A DNA stretch of 64,000 nt from Styela clava (taxonomy: Eukaryota), in assembly GCF_964204865.1 (NCBI RefSeq), contig NC_135256.1:16740001-16804000 (forward strand), read 5' to 3'. Within the stretch, counting starts at the first letter, position 1, and each line of letters begins with the position of its first letter. The notes below the pieces were generated by a model that saw nothing but the letters and a program-made list of their open reading frames with translations, was not told the DNA's origin and made no database searches. Positions 25,030-38,096 of this stretch are shown in pieces. The translations under genes and the position numbers were made by a program.

Positions 25030-27828
25030 CTAACGGTACGTTGGAGGAGGAACAGGTGGCCGTGTTTTATCTTGAACATAAGCATCGTTTGCTCTTGCTT
25101 CACCTGATCCAGCGTTGGGACGATGCGGTACGTTGCTTTTGTTGCCTCTAAATAAATATGTAATTCTGTAAAAAATATTAGTGAAGTCCAATGTTTTTAA
25201 TTGCTTCGAACGATAAAGGCTTAAAAAATATTCATATAGGTTTCAGTATTATTTATGACATTTTTACCTTTTCCAGGTATTAAACTTGTCTGAAATATTG
25301 TTTTTCTCACGAAAGATAACAAATCCAAGTAGAGCTAACAATAGCAATACAAGAATCACGATAGCCGCAGTGGATCCAGCGCTATTAGAAGAAGCTGTAA
25401 TAGAAAAATATATTTTTGTTTTGAATGTAGGCATACTATACCAATGGTTTTTAATTGGTTACTTTAACCTCGGTTGCTTTATTCTGTTGAGTTTGGATTT
25501 GGACAATATTAGCCTATACAAAATATCACCATTACTTGGTACACTTTCATCAGCTGAATTGGTAATGAAGTCTCTTTCGCTGTTGGCTGAAAAATATAAA
25601 TTAGTAGAAGTTGTTTAATATGGGAATAAATGAAATCGCACCGCAATCATGCCACGTATGACATTTAAAGCTTAAACATGAAATTTCAACCAAGAACAAA
25701 ACATATTCACGTACCACACAGTTGATTTCTGCAGTAGTCCTTTTCTCCACACTTGGAGCATGCAGTTCCTTTTTCAAACACGGACATCATTTTACCAGAC
25801 ATATATACATTTCCCCTGTATGAAACGTAGGAGTTAGTTAGTTTATGGTCAAAAGCAAGAGTGGTTAGTTGGGCCATACCTTTGAAAAATGATCGATATT
25901 AATTTTGGAATATATTGATCGATTTTGAGGTTTATAACAAAAATGATTTTTTTCCCTAAAAGTCAGGAAAAACTCGATGCAGAACTTTTTAAGTTGTTAC
26001 AGAATAGCAATCAGTACACAGCTGATCTCAGAAGGCAACATATTGTTTTATTAGATGTTTTGCATTGAAAATGTTTTACACTTCTCACAAAAAATTATAT
26101 TCTTGTGGATATCTAGCATTGAGAATAGTGAAACTTGTCCATCTTTAACAAAAATATGAACATTTAATTTACACATAAGATAAAGATGCTCATGTTACAA
26201 TATACCCATTAAGCGAGCGACTGGCTTACTGTGCAAATTACTGGAATGTATAACTTCACAGCTGAAGCAAATGAATCTGTCATTTAACCATTTAACTATT
26301 TGGTAACAAAACTTACGCGGTCGCATAATTGCACAAAAACATAGTGCCAGATCCCCAGTCTACTCCAGATAAAGTTTTGCATGAAACCATTGCACATCCG
26401 ACTTTGAACGTCTTGGCCCAGACAACCTATTGAAATAGGATATACAATAATTAAGTGCTGGAATAAGAACCACGTATTTTTGTATGACAGTCCATTTTCA
26501 AGTACGTAATTCAAAAGTTATAATGATGTGAACGTATTAGTTGGCTAACGCTAATCTCCGAAAAATAATGGTGGAGCAATCATTTTCACGTGTTGCGTAG
26601 CCTGTTCTATTTCCAAAGTGGATGTGTACCCAATTTAGTCATGTCTGATTCGTCTCAAATGGTGACTTCATCTATATGAGTCAAAGCGAATTTTAGGATT
26701 CCGTTATCCGTAATACGTAATGCATTTGCATATCTTCCATTTTAAAGATGAATATAGCAACATTATTATCGCACCAAATATGCCTGGCGAGAGGACGACA
26801 ACGAGTAGTTATTCTTTTCTATTTGCAGTATTTTAATTCGAGAGTTTTTAATCACGTTACAATGTTTTCATACGATACCTGAGTGTAATGTCCGCACATT
26901 TTTCCTGATTGACAAGTTTTTGAGTTGTAATCAAAATAGCTAATTTCACTAAACCATGATTGCACTGAATTTTCTACGTTTTTTATTGTTCCACTTGAAG
27001 CATGTATGTTTTCACCGACGCTAAATGTATGCATTCCATTATTAGTGGAAATAAAATATATATATATAACGTAACTTTGGTAAAAAAAATAGCCATGTCG
27101 TACCTCCATCCTCGCGAATGTTTCCTATTTTTATTGTGACCAAAGTGACATTGTTTGCAATATTCCTGAGCCAAGTATGCAAGTTCACTGTCCCAAGTCT
27201 AAATATATATGAAATGTATTAACATAAATTATTTACACGTAAGATAAAATTAATGAATCCATAATATGTTTACATATTTATAAACAGTACGAGCCAGTTA
27301 CATTATATCATGGATCAATTAATCAATGATTATTTATACAGTAGTCATTTTCATAATATAAATCACGGTTTCTCGAATTCCTCTCCACGGCATATTTCTT
27401 CCCATACCATATATCTCATGTTGGAGGATCCGCTCGATCGCCTTAATTCGTTGTGACGATTTAAAATTGTCATCTTTGCGGTATCATTCAATGGAATAAT
27501 TGTAGGCCCTGCGCCGCGTTTGACCTAAACGAAGGAAAATATGACTTCAGTAATGTATTTATCAGAAAGAACATATATTATTATTAATTAAATGGTGTTT
27601 ACTATGTATATATATACATAAAAGCGTGTTATATTTTTTTTTATCAAAGCATGGTTCTTTGATAAGATAGACTAGTCCGCACCTGAGTAAAGCTTTACCG
27701 ACAAGACTGTTACATGTATATATGCATTTTCTGGCGAATTTCATCCAAAATTAGTTTTAACTTACCCTTAGTGCCGACAACAAGGCGACTAATTGAAGGA
27801 TAATTATTGGTAACAGCCACTTCGCCAT
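25030..27828 (-). CDS. Transmembrane CAP/SCP (GLIPR1/PI16-like) protein A, ~307 aa
   Basis: Exons 27766-27828 (signal peptide MAKWLLPIIILQLVALLSALR), 27408-27524 (HNELRR..SNMRYM), 27104-27198 (WDSELA..FGH), 26879-27020 (GENI..WFSE..CGHYTQ), 26317-26426 (VVWAKTFKVGCA..CNY), 25715-25815 (GN..CSKC..C..LC hinge), 25536-25586, 25268-25394 (TM AAIVILVLLLLALLGFVIF), 25030-25147 (tail ...KTRPPVPPPTYR*). All in phase. Confidence 0.88.
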
Positions 27829-28559
27829 TTTTCCTTTAGTATGCACTGAGCCCTACTCTCACATATAAGTAGCATAAATGCGAAGAATTTCATCCATCCA
27901 TAGGTTTTAGCTTGAATGCAAACGAAAAATCATATTATGAACCGACAATCGGAATATATATATACCATGTTTGGGCAATGATACTTATGTGTCAGTAAAT
28001 GCTTACTATGACTATGAACTCATGTGACTGGCTTTCATATAATATATTGCAAACTAAACTTTTTGAAGCTTCGCAAAGCAAATTTCGGCTCTCATCTCCT
28101 TAATAAAGCAAAGTCCCTGGTCTCAAAGCATTCCCAGATAAACTAAGACTCCGATGTTATCCCTGGAACGTTATACACGATGTCATTAAGCCGCACAATT
28201 AGACTAAGTGAAAGCAAGCACTCAATATTTATGCATTCCATTGTGCTGCTCCATTTTGGTGACGTACATCCGCAATAGCCGGGTTTTTATAAGGAAGTAG
28301 ATCTATTGGGTGGCCTTGCTTGATTGTATATATACTTACCAATTGTAAATACTCATTGTTTTAAGTATAAGTCATAGTTGTTCAATAACATCAGTTGTCA
28401 AGTTTATCAAAACAGTCAAAAGGTTGAGAAAGTACTGTGACGTGAACGGGCTGTTGATTTAAAATAGTGCAAGGTGTCACATAGCAGCCATTTCCGGTTA
28501 TTTTGCGATCTTGAATAGGATCAATATTGAAGTGTGGGACATGCGATTGTCAATGGCAG

Positions 28560-29430
28560 TTTTTTTGGGGGGCTAAACACACAACTGTTCAGGATGCTTG
28601 AGTACATCATAACACAGACATCATAACACTATAGGAGGCATGCAGTACAGAGAGTACAGCAAGAGAGGGGGGCATAATGACTTATGAATGTCATATTACA
28701 TCCTCTTTTGTTCAAAGAAATAGCAATAATATTTAGACTTTAAAATTCAACACTAATTCACGTTAAAGCAATTTCAATTGAAATAATCACATCTCATTTA
28801 CAGCAATTTGCCATCAATCAGCAAAGCTACAAAATGCAATATTTACTTCACAAAATCACTAGAGCAATATTTTGGATCTCGCCTTATTCTCTTTCCACTT
28901 CTATTAAAAGTCATACTGGGCACAAAATAAGAATTATCATTAACAATATTATCCTGACGACGTATTTCATCATTTGAATCAGACTCATTAGAATAATCGA
29001 CATCATCTTCTGCCCAAGAAAAGTAAGATTCATTCGCTTTAAGAATATGTCCACGATTGCGACTCTATATTATTCCATCAGACTCAACATCTTAATATCT
29101 TGGTAAATAATGACTATGGCATATAACACCTTTCTTGTCATATTTTTCTTTTTGTAATCTGATTTCTGACTGGTGTTGAATTAGGTAGCAATTTTGAAGA
29201 CTTATCAAAATATTTCTTCTGTGCAAGAATTGATAATGCACTTCTTCTGGATTTCTCATTCCAGGATTCAATAAATTCTCTGATATAGGTATGTCAACTT
29301 TTGTTTGACATGATAACAAGCGTTGTGCAGAAGAACCAAGTATTTTATCTCTATGCACATTTGGAATGTTGAACGAAGCAAGGTAAGTATCAGACGAATG
29401 TGTACAAATGTGCATGCCGAAACTCATACG
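28560..29430 (-). mobile_element. Decayed Gypsy LTR retrotransposon 3' fragment (integrase C-terminus, PPT, start of 3' LTR)
   Basis: YLASFNIPNVHRDKILGSSAQRLLSCQTKVDIPISENLLNP, LQKEKYDK and PRY*DVESDGIIY/SRNRGHIL resemble Gypsy integrase C-terminal motifs (LGSPAQRLM, QKxYYD, PRSY..YRRNRxHL). Purine tract AAAAGAGGA abuts TGTAAT at 28700. Confidence 0.6.
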
Positions 29431-29630
29431 CTAACAACGTACGTCAACATGACATTTAATAATTGTGATTCTTTACCTGGAACATTTCGATGATCAAAAT
29501 ACATTGACAAAGCATTGTTAGATGCAATTATGTATCAAACCCACTAACAACAGGTTCGCTCATTTCAAAAAGTGCATGTAGGTCTATGTCACTGGATAAG
29601 CTACATGAAAATGGCACTATTAACATAAAT

Positions 29631-29832
29631 CGGTACTCCCGTGGTATGTGGACCAAGATGGCGGATACCGGAACGTAGTATGTGTACCAGGTAAGGGTTA
29701 GGCCATAGTTTCAGGTACAAATACTACGGGAGTCACTTGGCTAGTCCCCGAACTCGTGAAAGAACTAAATAGGGAAATTGGAATAAAATCATGGCCCAAC
29801 CCTAACCTGGTACTCGTACCACGGGAGTACCC
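29631..29832. mobile_element. MITE family C with 6-bp TSD and TTAGGG-like subterminal motifs
   Basis: TIR GGTACTCCCGTGGTA / TACCACGGGAGTACC. TSD ATAAAT on both sides. Internal AGGGTTAGG and CCAACCCTAACC. Confidence 0.8.
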
Positions 29833-30409
29833 ATAAATCCAATACCTAATATCTGATATTACACCAAAAAGCCAAATATAAGGCTAGGTGGGGTACATTT
29901 CACCTTGCCGCGGTTGTATAATATCTGAAACCAAAAACAAAAACGGGTTTCCGCGAATCCTCTTAATCTCACCACTGGGTGTGGTCCTAATTGCCATCCG
30001 AATGGCCTCTAAAATTTATTTCTGCTTGAGCATATTTGTGATGTTTTCTAAACATTAGTTAATATTCATGATATTCCTGATAATCTTGAATAAATTATTC
30101 TATGTAAACTACAAAATTGCCACACCTACGCCCAAACCAACTATCATTCGCTGAAGCGTTGCTGTAACGAGCTATCTGAAAGCACAGTTGAATCCAACCA
30201 GCAGTTTCTCTTTTTTTTTATTCCCAGAAATGATGCAGTTTTTCTTGCCACACAATTTATAATTTAAAATAAAAAAATGAGAATATACCATTTATACATA
30301 CTAGTTAAAGTGCCGTATACGAGTATGTAGAAGATATATTGAAAATAAAACTCAAAATCTATATCTATTATTCTATTATTAAACACGATTACATTAAACA
30401 CCATCGTTC

Positions 30410-30668
30410 TCATTGGACACGTTTAGTGGACATAACGATCGTTTCAATATTTTGTTGTTGTTCTTGTTGTTATTTTCCGTCATCATTATAAAGTCGCTTT
30501 TCTCTTCGAATACTGGACAAATTGCTTTGAAATTTTCAGTGAGTAAAGATTATATATTTCACTAAAAGGCTATTACTTTTATTTATCGTTTTTTGTGTGC
30601 TATGACGCCAACAAACTTTGACACTATGTGGCGCAACGTGTTCATATATTTGAGCATAGCTCTCTTGT
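30410..30668 (+). repeat. Dispersed repeat family B (HINE-like), fullest copy
   Basis: TTGGACACG 5' end, (TTG/TTC)n tract and 3' GAGCATAGCTCTCTTGTTT hairpin/T-tail. Homologous to 3130-3335 and 8595-8806. Confidence 0.6.
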
Positions 30669-30822
30669 TTACAAAATAGGATACGGTGACAAAAAGCAGA
30701 TGGCGAGCTATTTATGATATCCTCCACGGTGATGCAACTAAGGACTTATAATCAGTTATTTGTGTATGGGCTAAGCATTATTCAAGTTACTCTTCGGACA
30801 CTTTTTTGACCAGTGCCTGTTT

Positions 30823-33800
30823 TTATAGGCGCCTGGGCGGCGGAGGAAGAACAGGTGGTGATGCTTTGGGCGGCGTTGCCGTTCCTTTTATATACGCGCG
30901 TCTCGGAGTCGTTGGTGCACTTGAACATCGCCTTTCTTCGTCTTTCAATAACTAGAATATAAGTTATACAGTGTTCAATTAGGAACTACAAATATATTTG
31001 AAATAAGACGGAAGTATTATTGGATGAAGGGAGAGATAAACAAAGAAAGAATAATTAATAAAAATCCATTGTGATATTTTACCTCCAATGGCGTACTGAT
31101 GTCAGCAGCTGTCAGCTTGGAAATACCATGTAAATTTACGCCAGTCAATGAATGCTTCGGAGTATTGTACGCGCTTGTTGCTGGTGTGCTCGCGTTACTG
31201 TAAAATGGTCGCTAGGTGAATACTCAGAAAAACATTAGTATCTGATTTTTGTAATGTCTTGTTTTCAATGTAGTTTTGGTCATGCATGAAAGTAGGCAGA
31301 CACAGAGAAAGTTAAAAAATTTCCCCGGGCATTTAAATCTTTAAACCTAATGCAAACAGGTATCATAACGAGGGCGTAAGTAATTTCGTTTAAAATATGG
31401 GTACGTTGGAAAATTGCGTGAGATCCTATACCTGAACCTAACCATATGGTTGACTGCTGTTGATATTCCAAAATTGTTTGAAAATCTCATCCTTCTTCGA
31501 AATAGAAACAAAGTGACAAGAATAACAATAATAATGCAAAGTATTATTATCACGGCTATGAATGCGCCTTGGCTGCCTTTACCTTAAAATCAAACAAGAA
31601 TAATCGCTTCAACGAAAGTTTTCTGATTTGCAATGGAACCATGTCATAACAATATATATATAGCTGAGAGGTGGTCAAATTTGAAATATTTAAGATGGAC
31701 AATTTATTTTTGTATAATTTATATTTTTCCGGTACTCACTCCAACAAAATTATGCCTGTTGTAATGTTTTTAGTGAATTGACTAAGTTAAAGAAATAAAG
31801 TTACCACTTACAATTACATCTTATACGCAATCGCTACAAACTATCTAAATATTTAATAAAATATAGAAAATTAAATCATACTTTGGCATTCTTTATTTTT
31901 CGTTTCAAAAACGAAATCTCTGGCACTGTTTGCTGTTTAATTCAACAGTTGATATTTTGTTGAATTTTCCCATATATTTTATGCACGATCAGCGGATGAT
32001 GAATGGAATATAAAAATGAAGTGAGTATAAAAAGAAATAAAACCTATCAAAACTAAATATTTTATTTACATCTGTCAGTGCAAGTAAACATTTTGATAAA
32101 AGTCGTTATAATTAACGAATATAACAAAAATAGTGCGTTTGAAACGCTTTTGTTGACAAGTTATAGCAATATGAAGCTCTACTGTTTTTATACACTGACT
32201 ACATATTTTTAGACATGTCAGAATCACTAATCGCCTTATTCGTGGTCTATTATTTCTATACAAAAATTATTTCGTATAGTCACGCCAATAGCTGTTGCAG
32301 GAATGAACCAAGTTTTACCACATAAGGAATCCCGACAGTAATCGTCTTCATTGCACTTAGTACAGTGTTTTCCTTCTTCAAATAATGGAAGCAACTTCCG
32401 GCCTGGTAGTGAAACGATATTTCCACTGAAAAGATATTGTACTCAATATAGGGTAATTGTGACTGGTTTATTTATTGTCCAATTTTGGCTTTTGTAGATC
32501 AGTGGGTTTCATCTCAGCCCCCCTTCCCCCATCTCCCTTATAAACACTACGATATGTTTTTTTATCCAAATTGGCGGGAATTAAATCGACTATGTAGTAT
32601 GTATACGATGTAATCGATGAAAACGAAATCGAGGGAAAACGAAAGAAAAGGAAACAAAATCAAATCAGGAGCCACAGCCCAAATCAAAAACATTTAAGAG
32701 TGAAGGAAAATTTCTCTAATTCGCTGTGATAAACACTTGTATTTGTGAAAAGAACACTAGGTATAATTCAATTCTTAAATAGAACTTTCGAACATATCAA
32801 GACCGAGTCATCTAAAAGGCGATCACATTCAAGCAAGCAGCTCCTATATTGTACACAACTTATTACTCTGCCCAGGTAATGTACAAGTTTTTCGGAAGGT
32901 AACTTCAGACACTTCATATTTAGTTAATCTGAACTCGGCATTTTGGCACTTCCAAAATCACGACTTTTTTCAATATGTACAATATTATTGTTAATCTGCC
33001 TCATCAGCCATCTATGAAATTTTTATCTGATATCGCTGTCTTGATGGGTAGGCGATATTGTGTAATAAAATATAACTACACTAAAATGTCGACGGATCCT
33101 GACTTACGCTGGTGCATAATTGCATACAAATAGTGATCCGCTGTACCTCTGTCCAATACCAGTTATATCAACACATGAACATATCGCACATCCTACTTTG
33201 AACGTAGTTGCCCACATCACCTGGTAATAATAAATGGATTGGTAGAAGGTGATTGCAAACAACTTTGAATATACAATGATGTTTCGGTCCCAGCAGCTAA
33301 CTTTTGAAAAGTATAAATTTGAAAGTTCTCGTTTTATGTTCAATCAGTTGTAAAACATAATTTGGGATTATTTTATGCTTATCTAATTAGATAACGTAAA
33401 TTGTGAGCGTTTTATATTCTATTTGGTGGTGGAATCTTCTACTGTTACGCTATAGAAAAATATCAGAATTATTTCCCCGAATTATATTTTTAGGAATGTA
33501 ACACAAACACGACACAAAATAAAAATATTTCAATTTTAAAATATTGTTAGCAAGGGCTGCCAAAATTCTCTTTGTTAGATTATTAATTAAAAATAAATTG
33601 CCAGTAGACACAAAATATGAGACACCAAACTTGTTAAAGGTTAGAAAAATATCTGATAACAACCTGCGTATAATGGCCGCAGGTCATTCCGGGTTGACAC
33701 GTCCTTGAGCCGTGAGAAAAATATTTTAATTCATCATACCAAGCTTGTATCGCTTTTGTAGTATCGCTTCCCGTCATTTTGCCACTGGTTGCATATATGT

Positions 33801-35878
33801 TTTCTCCAACACTGTAGTTATTCAATAAATGATTATTTGCCAACTTTTGTTATTTATAATATGGACGAGAATATCGTTAATGTATGAACACATAACAGAC
33901 ACTGAATAAAAATGAAGTTTATCGCACTATGCAGTATCAACATTTATGCACAATGACCTATTATCCGTCAGGTACGGTGTGGAAGCTGTTTGAACAAAGA
34001 AACCGGACTAATTTACAAACAAAACAATAATTTGACATCATTGACGACATATGAATAATTACAAACAATTAGATTTAAATTTCGAACATATAGGACGAAT
34101 TATTTTCACCTATGAACCAATAAAATCAATTTTTTTTTTTTTAAATTCACAGTTATATTAATAAAACAATTAGCACTTGTCGAGTTGGTGATTCATAGCG
34201 ATTTATTCCGCGTCATTGCTTCCATAACATTCATAGTTTGAAAGTGGGGAGTTAAATCTATGTCTAATAAGTTTTACAGAAGTTCCTATTTACAAAAGTT
34301 AGCCATGCTGACTTTGTCAGCAAGTCTAGCACAGTTTTGGGGAAAGAAGTTGAATGAAAGAGATTGAAATAGGTAACGTATGTTTACGGAGAGAGATATA
34401 CTAAATCCGCACCTCCAACGTGAATGTTTACGATTTTTATTGTGATCAAAATTGCATTTCTTTGAATGTTCTTCTGCAATAGTCGCAAGTTCGCTGTCCC
34501 AGGTCTGCAATGAAAAACTCCTCTCGTAATTTGCAATTTTGTTGTAAAATTCTGATTAAATCCACTTAGAAAGTTATGATGATGGTGATTATATTGCAAA
34601 TTCAACAACGATATATCAAAGCCATGTCCGTTTAAAATAGGCTTTATATGGTCCGGTATTACCCGGACATGTCCGGATATTTGCCGTTTAAGTTATCGTC
34701 CTGGAGTAATACGAAATACACTGAATTGCCCAGAATTTTTGCGTCGCCTGAAATGTATGACAAGCGTTGCTGCTCCAATTTTTAATTTACCACCTCAATT
34801 AATAGATGAAGATTGGTGATACTGATAATACATGGGCGGCAAATGTTTAAAACCATGAAAAGTCGGATTTCATTTCTTTTACGTTCTCGATATTGCTACA
34901 GGTAAGACTTTATTTATGTCTTATTACCCTCAATGTACCGAACCCTAAGTGACAAACCCAATGATTGAAGTTCGTGTTGACATTTTAAGTATATTGATTG
35001 CGAATAGTGGTAATTCCTGTATTCTGCATCTATCTATATATATATATATCCACTCGAAATAACAAATTTAGTGTCGATGTTATAATAAAAATTCTCCTGT
35101 GTTATTCTATCGGGAATATGGCAACTTCAAAATTTAGTTCAACAATTCAAAATAACACGTCCATTTCTTTTGTACAATTATAGTGTTTTTATTGCTTACC
35201 ATAAATCTCATGTTGGAGGCCCCACCCAGTCGTCTCAGATCATTGTGATGCCGCACGATTTCCATTTTATCATGGTCGGTTAAAGGAATAATTGTCGGTC
35301 CTGTGCCTCTACGCTGCTGTTAAAAGAATTTGCTATTTTCAGTTACTAACTTTGTCCTTTTATGGTGGATACATATCAGTGACTGTATTTTCACAGCCTT
35401 GTTGAAGAAATGAAGTATATGCGGCTCTTTAAAACTACGTCAGCATCGCAGTTTTATTTTGAGAACTTTGTATAAAATGATTCAATGCATTACAAATATC
35501 AGCTAGTTATTGTTAACCACCCTAAATCACGCAAGATAACTGTTGGATGTTTGCCCGGCCCTTTGCCCCATAGGAATTCATTCCATATTTACCATTGCCA
35601 AATTTAAGATTTTTTTTTTTAGGGTATTTTCGAGGATTGGCGCTTATAAACTGGTTTACATCTCATTTAAATCATTGGACCTCCCACTGATAGCTAATTT
35701 TAACATACGGCATCACAGATTTTTTCGAGACTAATTTTTGCTTACTACACATAAAATAAAATTACACGGAAGAAAAATGATCATAAAGATATTTGATTCA
35801 TACCTGAATTCGTGAACGCAACCACAAATTTACAAATACCCAGCAAAACCACAAAAACGAGCTATTGTTTACCATCAT
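30823..35878 (-). CDS. Transmembrane CAP/SCP protein B, ~365 aa
   Basis: Exons 35804-35878, 35200-35316, 34413-34504, 33664-33811, 33108-33220, 32319-32425, 31882-31932, 31432-31582 (TM AFIAVIIILCIIIVILVTLFLF+RRR), 31083-31197, 30823-30951 (tail ...PPKASPPVLPPPPRRL*). Same ectodomain intron positions and phases as paralog A. CAP motifs HNDLRR, GENIY, WYDE, GHYTQVMW, VGC, CNYAP. Exon 1 signal peptide is weak. Confidence 0.85.
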
Positions 35879-38096
35879 GCTTTACAATCCGTCTGAGGGG
35901 AAAAAGGTATCGGATCGGCGACTAATATTTAATTGTTATTTCGCTGTGACATCATGATGATTAGCCAATATTATTGTAATATACCGGAAAGTTTCTCACG
36001 CCATTGATTCTGGTTGCTATGAACCTATGTTACGTCATAAAGGTCTGGCGTTGGGCTCTTCTTATGTATTGCGAATTAAATGACCAGAAGAATAAAATAC
36101 TCACCCTTTCTGCTGCTGAATAGTCCGAAATTAGTAATGTAGTTATTATTAATATCGGATGGTAGACGGGGGCCATATTGTTTACATCTATTTAATTCGT
36201 TTAGCTATATAATCAAATCAAAGCGCATTTGCATTATTTTCAAATTCTGTAAGTAAAATTATCAAATTTAAACCTCACATCTATAAATGTTTGTTTTGCT
36301 CTATACTAGTTAGTACGATGGTTCGTGTGATATCTATCTTAGATGAAAAAGGCTTAAAATGCGAGAACCGACGCTCCTCAGGCTTGCCAGAATTTGCACC
36401 GTTGGCGATTGAACGAAAGCAATGCCTAATAATAGATGTTCAGTTCGTTCAAAATCCTACTTAAATTGAGATCAATCCTCGGAATCTTGCCTTACCTATG
36501 CCTGCACTGACTAATATTAAAACTTCACTGACTGACAAATCCAAGTTCACTCCTGTATTTGATCAGGCAGCAGTTTTTGCTCGTGTTGCTGATTTGATAG
36601 AAGTATATTTGTTAAATCAGGGGAAATGCATATGGTATCGTGACATGCATTCGTTGAACGAATACAGCATCCCCTTTCTATTGGTTTGGGTGACGTAACA
36701 TCCTATTTCAAAAGTAATTATAAAACGTAATATGTTCCATCGCGGGCCATATATGTATTGTGATAAATTGATGTTGATCGATGTTTGTATTGAACTTCAA
36801 ATATCTGATATCATTTCCTGTTTTTCAACGAGTACCTTATCAAAAATTTCCACTGAAATGTCATAGACCGAGAATGAAAAGTATATTTTGACAATGAATC
36901 ATATCACAATCGACCTTAATCAAACATATATTTGATAAAATGTTCACTTACAAATAGCTTTCCTCGTACCATAGAATGCTACGGACGAGGTTTAAACGAA
37001 AGGGGCACACTGTTACTTAATATCAAGTAAATATATGAAATATTACCCAATCACAAATATTTAAAACTGTATAACTATTTACAGGTTGTGCAAACAATGA
37101 ATACTGGGTAATCAGTATGAGATAAATGAAAATTCACTTGACATTGAGCAAATATAATAAATATCAACAGCAGTACTTGATTCCATGATAACATGGAACT
37201 TTTTTGACAAACTTATTATTCTATAGCTGGGGATTTTCCATTACAGAACAAAGTATGAACCGTTAAAAGCATGACAATAAATAGGGCTGCATAGACTCTA
37301 GAATTTGAACTCTTGGGTTTATTTACAAGCAGATATTAACGATATAAAATGAAATTAGTCGTTCGCAGCTCCAGCAGTCGGCGATATAATTCTTTGCAAT
37401 CCATGAAATCATAAAAAGTAATTAATCTCCTAGTCAAGTGATTATTTCAAGACCGAAAAATAAAATTGAGACTTTCAAATGGGAATTTATGCACTCATTT
37501 AATACACCATTTTCTTCTCAGTTTTTTAAAATATCCAATATCCGCATGTTGTCAAATTAATGTTTGATATTATTCTGATTAATACTGAACTTTTACTATA
37601 AAATAAGACACAATAATCGACGTGGAATGTTAATCATTAAGGTTATTCAAACATAACTTCATATCGACAAATTATTTTTTTATTTATATGTCTATCGACG
37701 TAACCTCCACTTGTCTCATTGTACGTGCTGACAATGCAGCTTGCTGTTTTTTTACCAACCACATTCAAGTTCAAATTCGAAATGAACAAATATCTTATTT
37801 AAACCTAGAGCAAATATGTAAGTGAGGTCAAGTTCATGGGGCTTGCGAAACTATAGTTCACCAAACGACAGTCTTTAACATAACAAGGCAATCTTTTTTC
37901 CACCAGGTCATTAGTCATAAACTCCACTTCAAATTTTTTTGGTTATGTGTAACAACAACAATATGTTTCCTACAAGTTTTACTCGTGACGTGGAAAGAGA
38001 GAATCGATCGTCTTCTGCTTTCAATGCAAAACAACTACCAACAACGTTCGGTAGGAATAACAGCCTATCGAACAGATAATTCATTGCATTCAGAAA

